DNA of 63,388 nucleotides, counting the filler, from Reticulomyxa filosa (lineage: Eukaryota; Protista; Foraminifera): the NCBI GenBank assembly GCA_000512085.1. It is 17 parts of 17 records of this genome, joined end to end, with 100 filler letters (N's around TTAATTAATTAA, not from the genome) between each part and the next. Parts side by side here need not be neighbours in the genome. Positions count along the whole stretch, not along the records: positions 27,211 to 28,361 come from ASPP01011060.1; positions 28,462 to 31,415 come from ASPP01023332.1; positions 31,516 to 39,589 come from ASPP01021621.1; positions 39,690 to 42,020 come from ASPP01009148.1; 13 more parts are not named here. One strand, written 5' to 3'. The notes under the pieces were generated by a model. It worked only from the letters and a program-made list of their open reading frames with translations, ran no database searches and was not told the DNA's origin. Both the position numbers and the translations under genes were made by a program. Positions 27,218 through 40,323 of this stretch are shown here, one piece after another (within the stretch, counting starts at the first letter, position 1; each line of letters begins with the position of its first letter).

Positions 27218-28240
27218 TCAAATATTGGAATAAGGCAAAAAAAAAAAAAAACAAACAAAAAAACGTACAAATTCGGCTTGTTCATTTTTGAGACGATACC
27301 CCAATTGCAAAGCTTGTTGAAACATGGATGACAAATAAGTTTGTTGGAAATGCGATACTGGCCCCATATGGACGGTGAACCGGGTTAAGCATTCCATGAT
27401 CGGAAATATGAATGTGCTTGCCTCCTCCATGTCAGCCCAGCGCTTCATTAACGGCGGTATCAATGCGTCCATTAATTTCGGATTGACGACAATATTTCTC
27501 TCCTTGTCTACTGCCCACAAATCGCACACAGAAGCAATGACATCCACCAATTGATGGAAATTCAGAGTCTGTTACACGGTATTGCACATTTAAGAGGAAA
27601 AAAAAAACCAGTTGGAAAGATAGTCCACTCAATTGCCGCAGTAAATTGCATTTGAACATACATACATTATATACATAAACATATATATGTATGTATATAT
27701 TATGTTATAAATATTATATAAATGCAAATAACTCTGTACAACTCTAGTCCTTTCACAAACGTGGTAACAATAGGCTGAACAAAATCGGATAAACGATTGT
27801 TGGTTTTTTGTAATTGAATAGCCAATTCTGCCAAGCCGCCACAAGCGCTTCGTTGCACTCGTTTCGATTTGTTGCCCATGCAAGCAAGCAGTCCCATGAG
27901 AGCGGGTTTAAAGAACTGCTTTCCCTACGTACACATACATGTATACACATATATGCATATTTATACATATCCAATATATGAAGAATGAACGAAAACAGCT
28001 TGAAAGATAACACAAGCAAACAAACAACAGACAACAGTGAGGAATCAGAACGAAACATCGAGAGTTTCAAACCAAAGAGCTATTCTGGAAATCACCCAGC
28101 AAGCAATGGATGCGACAAGGATATTTTCATCTTTCATTTGTTGCAATATGTAAGGTACCATTTTAGGCAATTGTGGAGTCACATGTTCATACCCATGTGC
28201 GCAAAGAGCACCTAATGTCAACAATCCAGCCTCCCTGTTC
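27218..28240 (-). CDS. Transportin-1 / karyopherin beta-2-like, internal exons
   Basis: LGALCAHGYEHVTPQLPKMVPYILQQMKDENILVASIACWVISR, KRVQRSACGGLA and LIPPLMKRW..IFPIMECL parallel TNPO1 HEAT repeats. Confidence 0.8.
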
Positions 28241-28461
28241 TATTGTTATATTTCGAGGAGTGTCAACATTTCAATCTTTTTTTTTTTTTTTTTTTGAGGA
28301 AAATAAAAAAAATGCATTCACAGATAAGACTGGGATACAAATAATGATCAAAAAAAAAAAANNNNNNNNNNNNNNNNNNNNNNNNNNNNNNNNNNNNNNN
28401 NNNNNTTAATTAATTAANNNNNNNNNNNNNNNNNNNNNNNNNNNNNNNNNNNNNNNNNNNN

Positions 28462-30105
28462 GTGGCATTTTAGGTGTTCAGTTTTTTTTGCAACATACTG
28501 TATAATGCTAAACTGATTGGTCGTTTCACCACTAATGAGGTTATAATATCCGTTGGAGTTTTGCATATTGGTATGTCGTAACCATGAAACTTGACAACTT
28601 TTTTTAAGCATTTTCAGAAAGTCCTCAATGAGTAGATATTTATAAAAAAAAAGATTAATTTTATAAGTTGCGTAGTTTTTGATAAAAATCAATTTTTTGT
28701 TAACAAAAGATTTTTTTTTTGCAGAATTTAATGTTATTTTCAAAGTTTGTGTATTGTGAAGGTATTATGGTTTTGACTACTCTTTACTTTGTCTCCACTC
28801 ATCATTGATTTTTTTGCCTTTTTTTGTACAATGCTAAACAAATTAAGTTATTCAAAAGCATTATAACTTTTTTTTTTTGTAGTAAGATTTTTTAGTGAAA
28901 ATTACCATTTTGTTATATCACCTTTTGCCTTGTATACTGCTTGTATTCGCTATGTCATTGATTTTATTAATGTTTCTTTGTCAATTTTTTCACCTAATTT
29001 AAATTGTTTACAAAGTTCTTCTTTTGATATAAATAGTCTATTTTTGTTTTTACTACAACACAGACTTTCGATTGTATTCAGAACTGTAGAATTTGTATGG
29101 AAATATAATACTTTGATAGCATTTTGTTCAAAACATTCTTTTAATGTAATTACTATTATCTTGCTGAAATATCCAATCTTCATTACCTTCTAAACACCAA
29201 TCAAATATTTTGAGCATTTCATATCATAGACTTTCTTTGTATATATCTGCATTGACACCTCCATCAATTTTACATGCATAGCCAGGTCCTAACACTACAA
29301 AGTAAGACACAAGATTATACTACCAACAATAAATTTTGATATTTTTATAATTGCATTTCGGTAAGAGGTGCTCCTGGTATTTTCCAAATATGACGTTTTC
29401 TATCACTACATCTTAAATTAATTTTGCTTTCATCAGAAAAAAACACTTTTTTCCAATCATCGAATGTCAATTCATTATACTTCTTTGCAAAATTAAGTAT
29501 TTATTTATTATTTTTTTTGTTAAAAAATGTTTTTTCTTCAAAGTAATAGCATACAATCTATTTTTTCTAAGCATTCTGTTTATTGTTGCACATGAAATTA
29601 AAGCAAAACATTATTTTTCCAGTTATCTTTTTGCTTCTTCAGCTTTAACACATTTGACAGTAATCATCCACCGTACAACAAGACAATGAATTCATTATGA
29701 TACTTTTAACGAACGCTATTTTCTTGGCTTCTTCTTAACAATTTTTTTAGACTTGGACGTAAGCTTCAATTTACACACATTCATGACTTACACAAAATTT
29801 TTTTGCAACTTTGCGTAAACTCCAGCAATACATCAACAGCTCAATAGCACGTACTTTGTTAAAATTCTCAATTCATTTCACAATTTTTTAAAAAATAAAA
29901 TAGTTAAATATTGAACTATACTGAGCTAAAAAAAAAAAGGACAAAATATTAAATAATTAGTAAATATGTAATAAAAAACCAAAATGATATTTAAAAAGTA
30001 CACGATTTGTAGATATTTTTTAAAAAAATTAGGTCTGAATATTGTTTTTTCATGTAGAAAATCAATCATCTCTATAAGGTGTCAACTTTACTTTGCATTT
30101 TACTG
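28462..30105 (-). mobile_element. Degenerate Tc1/mariner DNA transposon, copy A (one end lost at contig edge)
   Basis: Ends ...TTTGCATTTTACTG|TA. Minus-strand transposase remnants DDWKKVFFSDE, GSIIL..GPG, FEQNAIKVL..NSTVLNTIE. Homologous to 36481-37893. Confidence 0.85.
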
Positions 30106-31174
30106 TAATAATTTTGTTCTTTCTGTGCTGAACAGACAAGCAAATGCAAAAGTATGTAGTTTTCTTGTTATTAAAAATACAGAAATGTAAACTTCACATT
30201 GAAAAATATCAGAAATAAATCTAATGTCCAGTTGCTGACACAATTAACTTCAGCTATCAATCGTAAATGTCACCTTATGAAGGGTATCGATTTTTTCCAT
30301 GAAAAATAAAGATCTAAGCATATTTAAAAAATTTATACAAATCTTGTTTTTAAATTTTTTTTTATAATTGGATTTGTTCAGTTTTTTTATCCCTAAGATT
30401 TTTGGCTGCAATTTTAAAATTTGACTTTTCGAAATAGTTTAATTGCATTGGTTAAGAAGAAAAAGCTAACTTGGAATAGTTGTATTAGCGAGTCTTGAAT
30501 TTGTGGGTTTTTCTGCTGAAAGAGGTGCGCAAACTGTAATACGAAAGGTTTTCGCTCTTTTGAGCAAATTTAAAACAAAAGAGTAATGATTTAAATAAAA
30601 GAGAAAATAAACAACAAGATTCAACAAGTGAAAGAGGAAAGACAAGTCGTGAAAGTGAGTAGTGTGTTGTTAGAATAAAGGGTTCCAAAGTTCACTTGTA
30701 GTGCGAGAATCACTTATTACGACATCATGAGTACTACAAGTATTCACTTCCTATTTTAGATGCAAAAAAAACTGAGCAAGTAAATGCTACGCAAATATCT
30801 AAAACATGCGTTTAAAACATTTACTTCCTTAATCTTCCATCTATCTTTTATTTATTTGCAAAGAAATAAGAATACGCGTTTTTTTCCAGTTTTTGTATTT
30901 CCAATTTCGAAACTTCCAATTTTTTGTTAGAATGTATCCATATTTTTTGAATAGATCAAATCTTTTGTCCCTTATATATTTACATTTTTTATCTCGAGCC
31001 ATAAACAATTTCAATATAAATGTCATTTCCTCTTGGACTTTTTTTAGTAACAAATCCAATTATTTTAGTTTTTTCTGAAAAAATTTTTAGTGGAATGTTT
31101 TTTTTTTGACCAGTTGTAAAAAGTGCAGTACGTTCAACAAAAAAAAGGGGTACTCAAATTTTAAAAAAAAAGGA

Positions 31175-31380
31175 ATGGCTTGTTCTTACGTCTTACCACC
31201 AAAAATAAAAAGTGACTTGGAAAAATCCTCTCGTCTCTTTTCAGTACATACTCCCTTTTATCAAATAAAGGGGAATAGAAAGATAAATTGTTTGGACTGG
31301 AGCGTACCTGGAAATCATTTGGGAGTAGGGCTTTCTAGTGGAGTAATTGGAGTATGGCAAATTGATGATGAAAAAACAGT
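31175..31380 (+). CDS. WD40 protein first exon (THOC3/Tex1-like start)
   Basis: KINCLDWSVPGNHLGVGLSSGVIGVWQID. Truncated by intron and gap. Confidence 0.5.
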
Positions 31381-31515
31381 TACTTACAAAAAAAAAAGTT
31401 ATTAAAAAAAAAAAANNNNNNNNNNNNNNNNNNNNNNNNNNNNNNNNNNNNNNNNNNNNTTAATTAATTAANNNNNNNNNNNNNNNNNNNNNNNNNNNNN
31501 NNNNNNNNNNNNNNN

Positions 31516-32029
31516 TTGATAATAACAACGATAATAATAAAGATAATGACAATGACAAAGACAAAAGTCCACAAAAGTCACATCATAAAAAAGTGGTGAT
31601 CAATATGATCCCATACAACCCCACCGATGTAGGCACAAAACACGAGTTCAAATCGCCTTCCGACGAGGATCTGGACAAGTTTAGGGACATTGTTATGAGC
31701 TATGATTTATTTGTCACCGTTCGAAAGTCCACTACAAGTGGCCAAGACATCGACGGCGCTTGTGGACAGTTGGCACTCAAAGGCTCGGCCAAAAAAATCA
31801 AAGTAACGAGGTCCCTGAAATCGAAGATTTATTGGGCAATAAAAAACAGGCAGATGGCGTTGTATCGTCGAATAAGGATGCAAGCAACCAATCCAAAAGT
31901 GGTAACTCGTCATCAACAAAGTCATCGCAAAATGATACCTCTTTTGTTGTCGCACTTCTCTTTGTCATAGTTGTCACGCTTGCGGCCATTTTTTTAAATC
32001 AGCTTGGCTTCAAAATAGATCACACATAA
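31516..32029 (+). CDS. RlmN/Cfr-family radical SAM RNA methyltransferase C-terminus, probable frameshift at the A7 run 31791-31797
   Basis: INMIPYNP..VTVR..GQDIDGACGQLA (the methyl-carrying Cys motif). The shifted frame continues EIEDLL and a hydrophobic tail. Confidence 0.85.
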
Positions 32030-32591
32030 AAGTGATTGTCACACATTTCCATTATTATCAATTCCTCACATTTTTATAGCAAACATTCCATGTCTCTATT
32101 TTTCTAAATTTATTTTAGCTTTGGTTTATTTGAAAAACATGACAGTATTTCACTATATGCAAACTATCGCTTTTTTTTTGTGTACGCTCGGATCCTTTGA
32201 TTTGTTTCTTGCAAAGCAAAACTTAAAAAAAGTGCAAAGACTCGAGTATAATTTTGTTGATTCAATCACTGGTAAGATTTTTCACATTTATATTCCAGTT
32301 GTAAATTTTACATTACTTCTAAATTTATTGCATTCAAAGAAAAATTTTTACTTTACTAGCGAATTGAAGCGTAAACATACTTTTAACACGTGAATACTGG
32401 CACAAGTAATTTATAAGTACGCGCCATTTGGGCGTGTTTTCTGGAAACGTTGAACATTTTCGTAAATAGATAAGCAAACCCCTCGATTTCACCATAGGAG
32501 TAACTTCTTTATATAGTTCAGTTTGAGAAGAAAAGTAAGACTATTGGTTGGTTCGTCCAAAAAAAAAATATTTTGATCAGGGAAATATCCA

Positions 32592-33743
32592 ATGAAAAGA
32601 TTAAGCAGAGTGATAAATCACCTGCATCCACGTGGTGTATCGATGACGATGTCAACAAGTGCAAAGGAGAGTGAAACAGTGGTGATTCGAAATCAGAGTA
32701 GCAATAACAACTACTCGTTGATACTGAACCGTCCGAAGGCGCTGAACAGTCTGAACGTGGAGATGATAAACCAAATGACAGCATTTTACAAGTCTCTGGT
32801 GAGCACCAAGCAGCCATGTGTGGTAGTGGTGAAGGGTGCAGGCGACAAGGCATTTTGCGCAGGGGGCGATGTGCGAAGGCTGTACGACATGAAAGTGGTG
32901 GAAAATAAGAGCATCGAAGATATAATGTTATTCTTTAAGTTGGAATACGAATTGGATCATTTGATGGGAACACTCGGAACAAGTCACGCAGGGATTCATA
33001 ATGTGTGCATCTGGAACGGCATAGTAATGGGCGGGGGCGTGGGCATATCAGTGCACGGCAGATATCGCATTGCCACGGAGCACACATTGTTTGCAATGCC
33101 CGAGAGTGCCATTGGTTTTTATACGGATGTCGGCGGCGCACATTTCCTACCCCGTCTTGTCCCGAAAGGTCTTGGAATGTATTTGGCCTTGACCGGACAC
33201 CGTCTGAAAGGTAGTGATGTGTTGCACGCCGGAATCGCCACCCACTTTGTTCCGGAAAAGCGCTTGGCCGAAATGGAAAAACTGCTGTTGCAGACCAAAT
33301 ATCCAGAATCGGTTCCTTGCATTTTGAACGAGTTTGCTGTGCATCCGACCAAATTACCACCCTTCTCTTTGGTGTCGCATTTGGAACAGATTGAAAAACA
33401 CTTTTCTTTGGACTCGGCGGAAAAGATTGTGACTTCACTCAAGGCCGACGGCGAAAAGAGCGTCGACTCGTTTGCTCACCAAACGAGAATCACTTTGGAA
33501 AGTGTCAGTCCGACGTCTTTGAAAATCATCCATCGCGCTTTGACGGAGGGACAAAACAAGACACTGAAACAGGTCTTGGATATGGAATTGGCTATTGTCA
33601 CTCAATGCTTCAAATCCCATGATACCATCGAGGGAATTCGGGCTGTCTTGGTTGATAAAGACAAAAATGCCCGCTGGAATCCTTCTCAATTGTCACAAGT
33701 TGATAATTCCCTTATTGATAAGTATTTTAACATTACTAATTAA
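32592..33743 (+). CDS. HIBCH: 3-hydroxyisobutyryl-CoA hydrolase (crotonase family), intronless
   Basis: LNRPKALNSL, KAFCAGGDV, GIVMGGGVGIS, FAMPESAIG..DVG, YLALTG.RL, SPTSL, EGIRAVLVDKDKNARW. Confidence 0.93.
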   Translation: MKRLSRVINHLHPRGVSMTMSTSAKESETVVIRNQSSNNNYSLILNRPKALNSLNVEMINQMTAFYKSLVSTKQPCVVVVKGAGDKAFCAGGDVRRLYDMKVVENKSIEDIMLFFKLEYELDHLMGTLGTSHAGIHNVCIWNGIVMGGGVGISVHGRYRIATEHTLFAMPESAIGFYTDVGGAHFLPRLVPKGLGMYLALTGHRLKGSDVLHAGIATHFVPEKRLAEMEKLLLQTKYPESVPCILNEFAVHPTKLPPFSLVSHLEQIEKHFSLDSAEKIVTSLKADGEKSVDSFAHQTRITLESVSPTSLKIIHRALTEGQNKTLKQVLDMELAIVTQCFKSHDTIEGIRAVLVDKDKNARWNPSQLSQVDNSLIDKYFNITN

Positions 33744-34380
33744 ACTTAGCTTTTTTTCCCCCACATTACTGTCAATTTTTTTTTTTTTTTTTTGCTCCCT
33801 CCCATTCTTGCTCATTTAAGAACTTTGCAATGGATTAATCTTCCTCCTATGTTGTGAAGCAGGTGGATGTTATATTTTGTAGACCCAAATGCAACAAAAA
33901 AAAAATAATATGCACAATATTTGCAATTTTCAAATTCATGTTTCAAAACATTTTTTGATTTTTTTTTCCAAAGTTTTGCCGATGTCGTTAGTTATTTCAT
34001 TTGGAAGCAACAAAACAAACCCTTTTTGTTTTGCCAATTTTTATTTTTGTGTTTAAAAATTCATTCAAACACACAAAAACCCGAACAATGGACAAATTCC
34101 CTCGAAATCGTCTTTTTTGGAGTGTCTGTTTTCGGGAATTACAGAAAAAACTATTGTAATATTTTGTTTCAAGATCGATAAAACTACATTATCTGAAATT
34201 GCTATTCGAATTGGTTTGTTTGATATTGTTCGGATTGATCTTAAGCCGCACGAACGGAAAGACCAACGAGATTGGCAATATAACTAAAAACAAATTACAC
34301 CTTGACGATAATAATATAAAAATTCTTTTTTCTTTTGAAGGAAAAAATAATCGTGGAAGCAATCACATTGAATGTGAATT

Positions 34381-35600
34381 TCAAAATGGTCTCCACAGTC
34401 GAATGATTTCATCATTTGAAGATGAAACAATTGTATTTCCATCAGATGAAATGTCCAGTCCTGTAACTTTAGTAAAATGTCCTTCTAATGTTTGTATTTC
34501 CACTCCTAAATGTACATCCCATAATCGAATTGTCCAATCCCATGAACATGATACAATAGTTTGACCATCTGATGAAAATTTGACATCACTTATAAGATCT
34601 AAATGTCCTTTGAATTGTTTTAATTCATTTCCTGATGATACATCCCATAATCGAATTGTATTATCACGTGAACATGATACAATATAATAACCATTTGGAG
34701 AGAATTGTGATTTCATTACACGATCTAAATGACCTTTTAAAATATGTATTGTTTGACCAGATTTTACATTCCATATTCGAATTGTTGTATCATAAGAAGA
34801 TGATATAATTAATTGATTATCTGGTGAAAATCGTACATGTCTTATTCCTTTAGAATGTCCTTCAAATTTTTTAATTTCTTTTCCAGAATCTATATCCCAA
34901 AATCGAATAGTTTTATCCCATGATCCAGATATAATCATTTTTCCATTTAATGAAAATTGACCACTTGTTACACTATTTGAATGTCCTTCCAATTTTTTTA
35001 TTTCTTCTCCTGAATTAATATCCCATAATTGAATTATACCATCTCTTAAACATGACATAATAATATTACCATCTGGTGAAAATTGTACATCATAAATCCA
35101 AGATAACTTTCCTTTTAATATTTTAATTTGTTTTCCTAAGGTAATATCCCATATTTGAATTATACCATTTAAAGATGATGAAGCAATTTTAGTATCATCT
35201 GGTGAAAATTTCACACTCGTTAAATATTTTACATGACCTTGTAATACTTTTACTTGTTTAAAGTATCTAGCCTATGTTTTTTTTTTTTTAAAAAAAATTA
35301 CTTAATAATTAATTAAAAAAAAAAAAAAATAACAAATTTATATATATATATATATAAATACTTAACATATTGTATAATAATTTTGTTAAAATCATTAATC
35401 CATCCAGATCGAATTGATAATTTTCGAATCCAATTATCAACTATCAAACTTAATTTTTTTTCGCTCTGTTGAGTTTTTTGATCAAATTGATCTTACAAAA
35501 ATAAACAAATAATTTTTTAAAAAAAATTTGTAAATACCGAGTATAGTTTAGTTTCTTTATGTTCAGTTGAATCTGTAGCAGGAGCTACACAAATTCCCAT
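34381..35600 (-). CDS. WD40 repeat protein (exons about 35600-35538, 35465-35367, 35271-34381)
   Basis: MGICVAP.., IVDNWIRKLSIRSGWINDFNKIIIQY, RYFKQVKVLQGH, then about 7 WD40 repeats. Confidence 0.9.
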
Positions 35601-36480
35601 TTCAACTATAAGAAAGAAAAAGAATAAAGGATTTTTAGAGTTTTGATAATTTAAACAAAAATGATAGATTTCAAAAAATAAACCAGTTCCTTGTTTCTAA
35701 GTAGTTTTCTACTCCTTTTTTTAGTAAATATAATTTATGTCTTCAATTATCAATGACAATTGTATATTTGTATATAATCATATTTCATCTCTATTCTTTC
35801 ATAATAGTGCAAAATCTTGATGACAATACCAAATTGTGTTTGATCATGCAAAAAATGCTCAAGAAGATAAGCAATGTATATATCTATTTTTTTAATTTTA
35901 CATCATCTGATCAAAACATGTTTAAATTATCTTACAAATAACATTATTGTGAAGATTTAATTTGTATTAGTAAATAGGAACATTGTCATGAAGGAGCTTG
36001 TGCAATAATAGGCTGAAGTAATAATAATTTATTATTCATTACATATTGTCCAAATATTGATATATTTAATTTGGATACTTTTCAATATATTCTTCAAATT
36101 ACCTTATCAGTAGAATGGGTACAATATCCTTATTTTGCTCAAAGAAAAATAAAAATTAAATGTTATTATTTTGTTGGAAAATAGAATTATCAATTGAATA
36201 TAATGAAGATAATAATATATTTAAATTTGATAATGTATTATGTTTGTACAACAATGAGATCATCACATGTTTATGCTTATGAAAAGATAATGATGATGCT
36301 ATTTTATCAATACATATTAAAATAAACACAAATGAATGGATAAATAAAATAGCAGCAAATGAGAAACGATGAACAATAGAAAAAAAAGAAAGATAGTAAT
36401 TAGAATATGCAAAACTCAAATTTGAGAAAATATTAAAAATAAAAAAATGAAAGTTAAATTAATTGATTTGTTTTGTAATA

Positions 36481-37893
36481 CAGTAAAATGCAAAGTAAAG
36501 CTGACACATAAAACAGCATCTTATATAGATGATTGACCTTCTTCATGAAAACAACATACAGACATAATTTTTTAAAAAAATCTACAAATCGTGTAGCTTT
36601 TAAACATCATTTCGGTTTTTTATTATATTTTTCATAATTGTTTAAAAAATTTGAATATTTTATTGATTTTTGAGAAAAATTTTACAATCGTGAATGTGTC
36701 GTAACCATGAAATTTACCAACTTTTTAAAAAGCATTTTCAGAAAGTGCTAAATTTATATATTTTCAAAAAAAAAATAGTCTTCTGCGTTGCGTAGTTTTT
36801 GAGAAAACTCAATTTTTTGTTATCAAAAATATTTTTTTTTGCAGAATTTAATGTTATTTTCAAAATTTGTACAATGTTGATGCATGTAGTCTTTGACTAC
36901 TGTTTGCTTTGTCTTTATTTATCATTCTTTTTGCTTTTTTTTTGTCCAATGCCAAACAAGTCAAGCTAATTCAAAAGCATAAGAACTAAAAATTTTTTTG
37001 TAGTAAGATTGTTTCTAATAAAAATTACCATTTAGTTATATCACCTTTGCATTGTATAATGCTTGTATTTTATCTGACATTGATTTTGTTAAGTTTGTGC
37101 ATGTTTCTTTGTCAATTTTTTTCAATTATAATTCAAATTGTTTACAAAGTTCTTCTTTTGATCTGAATAGTCTATTTTTAAATATTTTTGTTTTTACTAT
37201 CCACCAGACTTTCGATTTTGTTCAGGTTTGGAGAATTTATAGTGAAATTCAATATTTTGATAGCATTTTGTTCAAACCATTCTTTTGCTGTAATTGCTGT
37301 TTGGCTAGTTGCATTATATTGATGAAATATCAAATCGTCATTATATACTAAACACCAATGAATGCTTTTTGAGCATTTCATCACCTAGAATTTTTTTGTA
37401 AATATATGTATTGACACATCAATTAATGTTGCATGCATAACCAAGTCATAACACTCCAAAATAAGACCACAAGATTATACTTCCAAAACTAATTTTTTAT
37501 GTTTTTATGATAAATGTCAGCTTCCATTTACGCACATATTCATGATTTACACTAAATTTTTTTGAACTTTAAACAAACTCCAGTCATAACGCAACAGTTC
37601 AACATCAAGTCTTTTGTTAAAATTCTAAATCATTTAGCAAATTTAAAAAAAAATTAAAAAACTCAAATATCGAACTACATTGATCTAAAAAAAAAAGAAA
37701 AGAAAACAAAGGATAAAATATTGAAATTATGAAAGTGTAATAAAAAACTAAGTTCAAAATGATTTTTAAAATTACACGATTTGTAGAATTTTTTTAAAAA
37801 ACAATTAAGTCTGAATGTTGTTTTTTCATGTAGAAAATCAATCATCTATATAAGGTTCCGCTTTATGTTTCAACTTTACTTTGCACTATACTA
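36481..37893 (-). mobile_element. Degenerate Tc1/mariner DNA transposon, copy B, both TIRs and TA target duplication present, internally deleted
   Basis: TA|CAGTAAAATGCAAAGTAAAG...CTTTACTTTGCACTATACTA|TA with imperfect TIRs of about 150 bp or more. Remnant FHQYNATSQTA..KEWFEQNAIKIL..NSPNLNKIE matches Tc1 QDNA..H..SPDLNPIE. Confidence 0.88.
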
Positions 37894-37895
37894 TA

Positions 37896-38050
37896 TTTAT
37901 AAAGATTGGATGGATTATCAGTATTTTAAATATATCACAGTATTTATTTTTTATTATTATTAAACAAATAATCATATTAAAAATAAAAATAACTGAAATA
38001 TTTCAAGCAATCAAAAGTTTTCAAAGGAGGCATTATCATATGCCGTAACA
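37896..38050 (+). pseudogene. Remnant of the WD40-family gene next to the transposon end
   Basis: IKIGWIISILNISQY, an intron-like gap, then LKYFKQSKVFKG (compare KYFKPLKVLQGH at about 45160). Confidence 0.5.
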
Positions 38051-38906
38051 TGTTTATTTATCGTCTTGATTTTGAAAGATATTTAATACGGGATTTAAAT
38101 ATGAGAATAAAAGTAGTTTATAAAAAATTGTAAACATAGCTGTCAAGTTCGAGTAGTTAATAGCAGAAATGTTTGATTTTCAAAGCTTTAAAGTTGTAAT
38201 GTAACACATTGCATATTATTTAAATCAATTAGAATTTTTATCAATAATTTTACTTGTGATGAAAGACATTATCAATCATTTTTAAAATATGGCATTAATT
38301 TTTACTCTTAAAAGTGGAAAAATTTTATATTTCAAACTATAACAATAAACAAAATTAATTTTTGCTTGCCATGAATGTTATCTTTTCGATACTCATTGTC
38401 AATATTTTCTTTGTAGCTGCTAGTGTCCATCGAAACAATCAATTACAAAAAAGAGGGCAAATTACTAAAAGATTTGCGACAATATATTTAAGAATTGTGA
38501 GAAGTGACAATTTTTTATCTATACCAGCACTATCTAAGAAAATTATTCCAACGACGCCAAATATTATGCATGAGTTACGCTATTGTTTCTTTTCATCTCC
38601 TTTTCAGTGAGACATTTTCGTGATTCTGTTCTCTTACGGTACACTTTTAATTTTTTTTAAGTAATGACACTCAAAATCGTTTAAAAGAAAAATATAACCG
38701 ATGTCCTTCTTTTATATTGTGTACACAATCTCCAACAAAAGAAAAGGCCGATCAATGAAACAAGTAACAACTGTTTCTCAATAAAAAACCTAAGTAAAGA
38801 TCTGCAAAAATTGTATTTGCTTTTTTTGTTTTTTTTTTGTTTTTTTCTGTTTTCAATCCAATGATTGCGCCGTTGAATTTATTAACAACCACAACACATC
38901 ACAATA

Positions 38907-39470
38907 TTATTTGGCGCTCATGACCCAAACATTAATAAAGGCCTTAATCTTTGGTTCTTCACAATCGATCACGACAAAGTTGTTTAATAGTGTAGTATTT
39001 GTGTCTTTAACATCTTTTCTTTTGATAGTCCATTTGGAGCTCTCAGGATTGCGTGTCTTGATGAAGAATGTCGAGTCAATATTATGACAGGCAATTCTCC
39101 GATAATGACACCAATAACCAAAGAGTTGTGCAACGCTTTTCTGGTCGATCGGATAGGGATGAGTGAAGCTAAAGAGTGGAGGATAGTCATAGCAATGCAG
39201 CAGAATGCGCCCTCGAGGTTTTTTCAACAATCGAAGTAGCACATCAACATAAGCCTGGCGCTCCGAAGGATTAATAATCGAAAGCGCATCTACGTCGTAT
39301 ACCAAGTCAATGGAATTCTCGCCCAAGTATTGCACCACCGTCTCGTCAAATATGCTGCCATTCACCAATGTCAAGTGCTGCGTCTCGTACACGGGTAGAC
39401 TGCGACGAGATTTCGGATCGTATGTAAAGTTATAACTATGATCCAGTGTGCAATACGCGATATTTTCTCG
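38907..39470 (-). CDS. Thiopurine S-methyltransferase (TPMT)-like, last exon
   Basis: LVNGSIFD..IDLVYDVDALSIINPSERQAYV..GRILL..YDY..PYPI..VAQLFG. Confidence 0.75.
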   Translation of the reverse strand, partial: RENIAYCTLDHSYNFTYDPKSRRSLPVYETQHLTLVNGSIFDETVVQYLGENSIDLVYDVDALSIINPSERQAYVDVLLRLLKKPRGRILLHCYDYPPLFSFTHPYPIDQKSVAQLFGYWCHYRRIACHNIDSTFFIKTRNPESSKWTIKRKDVKDTNTTLLNNFVVIDCEEPKIKAFINVWVMSAK

Positions 39471-39797
39471 ATACAAAAAGTGCTGCGTCACAATCAACCA
39501 TGCAAAAAAAAAAAAAAAAAACAAACATTATATAGTATATATACATATGTATATTTGCGTACATAGCGTACACGCACATACGCACATACNNNNNNNNNNN
39601 NNNNNNNNNNNNNNNNNNNNNNNNNNNNNNNNNTTAATTAATTAANNNNNNNNNNNNNNNNNNNNNNNNNNNNNNNNNNNNNNNNNNNNGAGTTTGTTTT
39701 TTTTTTTTCTTTGAGGAGGGAGAGGGGTATATTGCAAAAATTTTATACATATAAATAAATAAACAAACAAATAATAATAATAATAATAATATAAAAG

Positions 39798-40323
39798 GCA
39801 AAGGAATCAAATCTGCATGCATTGGCTTGCCAATGGATACTGCACAAAAAACGCCGAACGAAAATGCAGACTTCTCCATCCACCACAACATCAAGCGTCG
39901 AACCGTATTTGTATGTCTTTCTACTGGAAAGGCAAGTGTACCCGATCAAGTGGCACCTGTCGTTTTCAACACGACTACAAGATCATTCCTTGCGCGAAAT
40001 ATGCAGAAGAGGATTGCACCAATGCCAACTGTCCGCACAGTCACAACACAAACAGAGAACATTACTACGCATGGAAACAACGTTTTGAACAACAACAAAT
40101 TGCTTATCATCAGCTTCGTGATAAATACTCGGAAAAAAAGCTATTCCTTCAAAAAATTAGCCAACACGCTGAAAACGAAAGTCAAAGATTGAACGCCACA
40201 GATACGATCAATCCATTTTCACACAGTGTATTCGACACTGAAACTGAGATGAGTGGAAATGATCATTCTTCCATTGGTCCTTCCAATTCCCAACCTGATG
40301 CTTCAACCACGTTTTGTTTATGA
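39798..40323 (+). CDS. Tandem CCCH zinc-finger protein, last exon
   Basis: Three fingers: CMHWLANGYC..C..H, CMSFYWKGKC..C..H, CAKYAEEDC..C..H. Confidence 0.8.
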
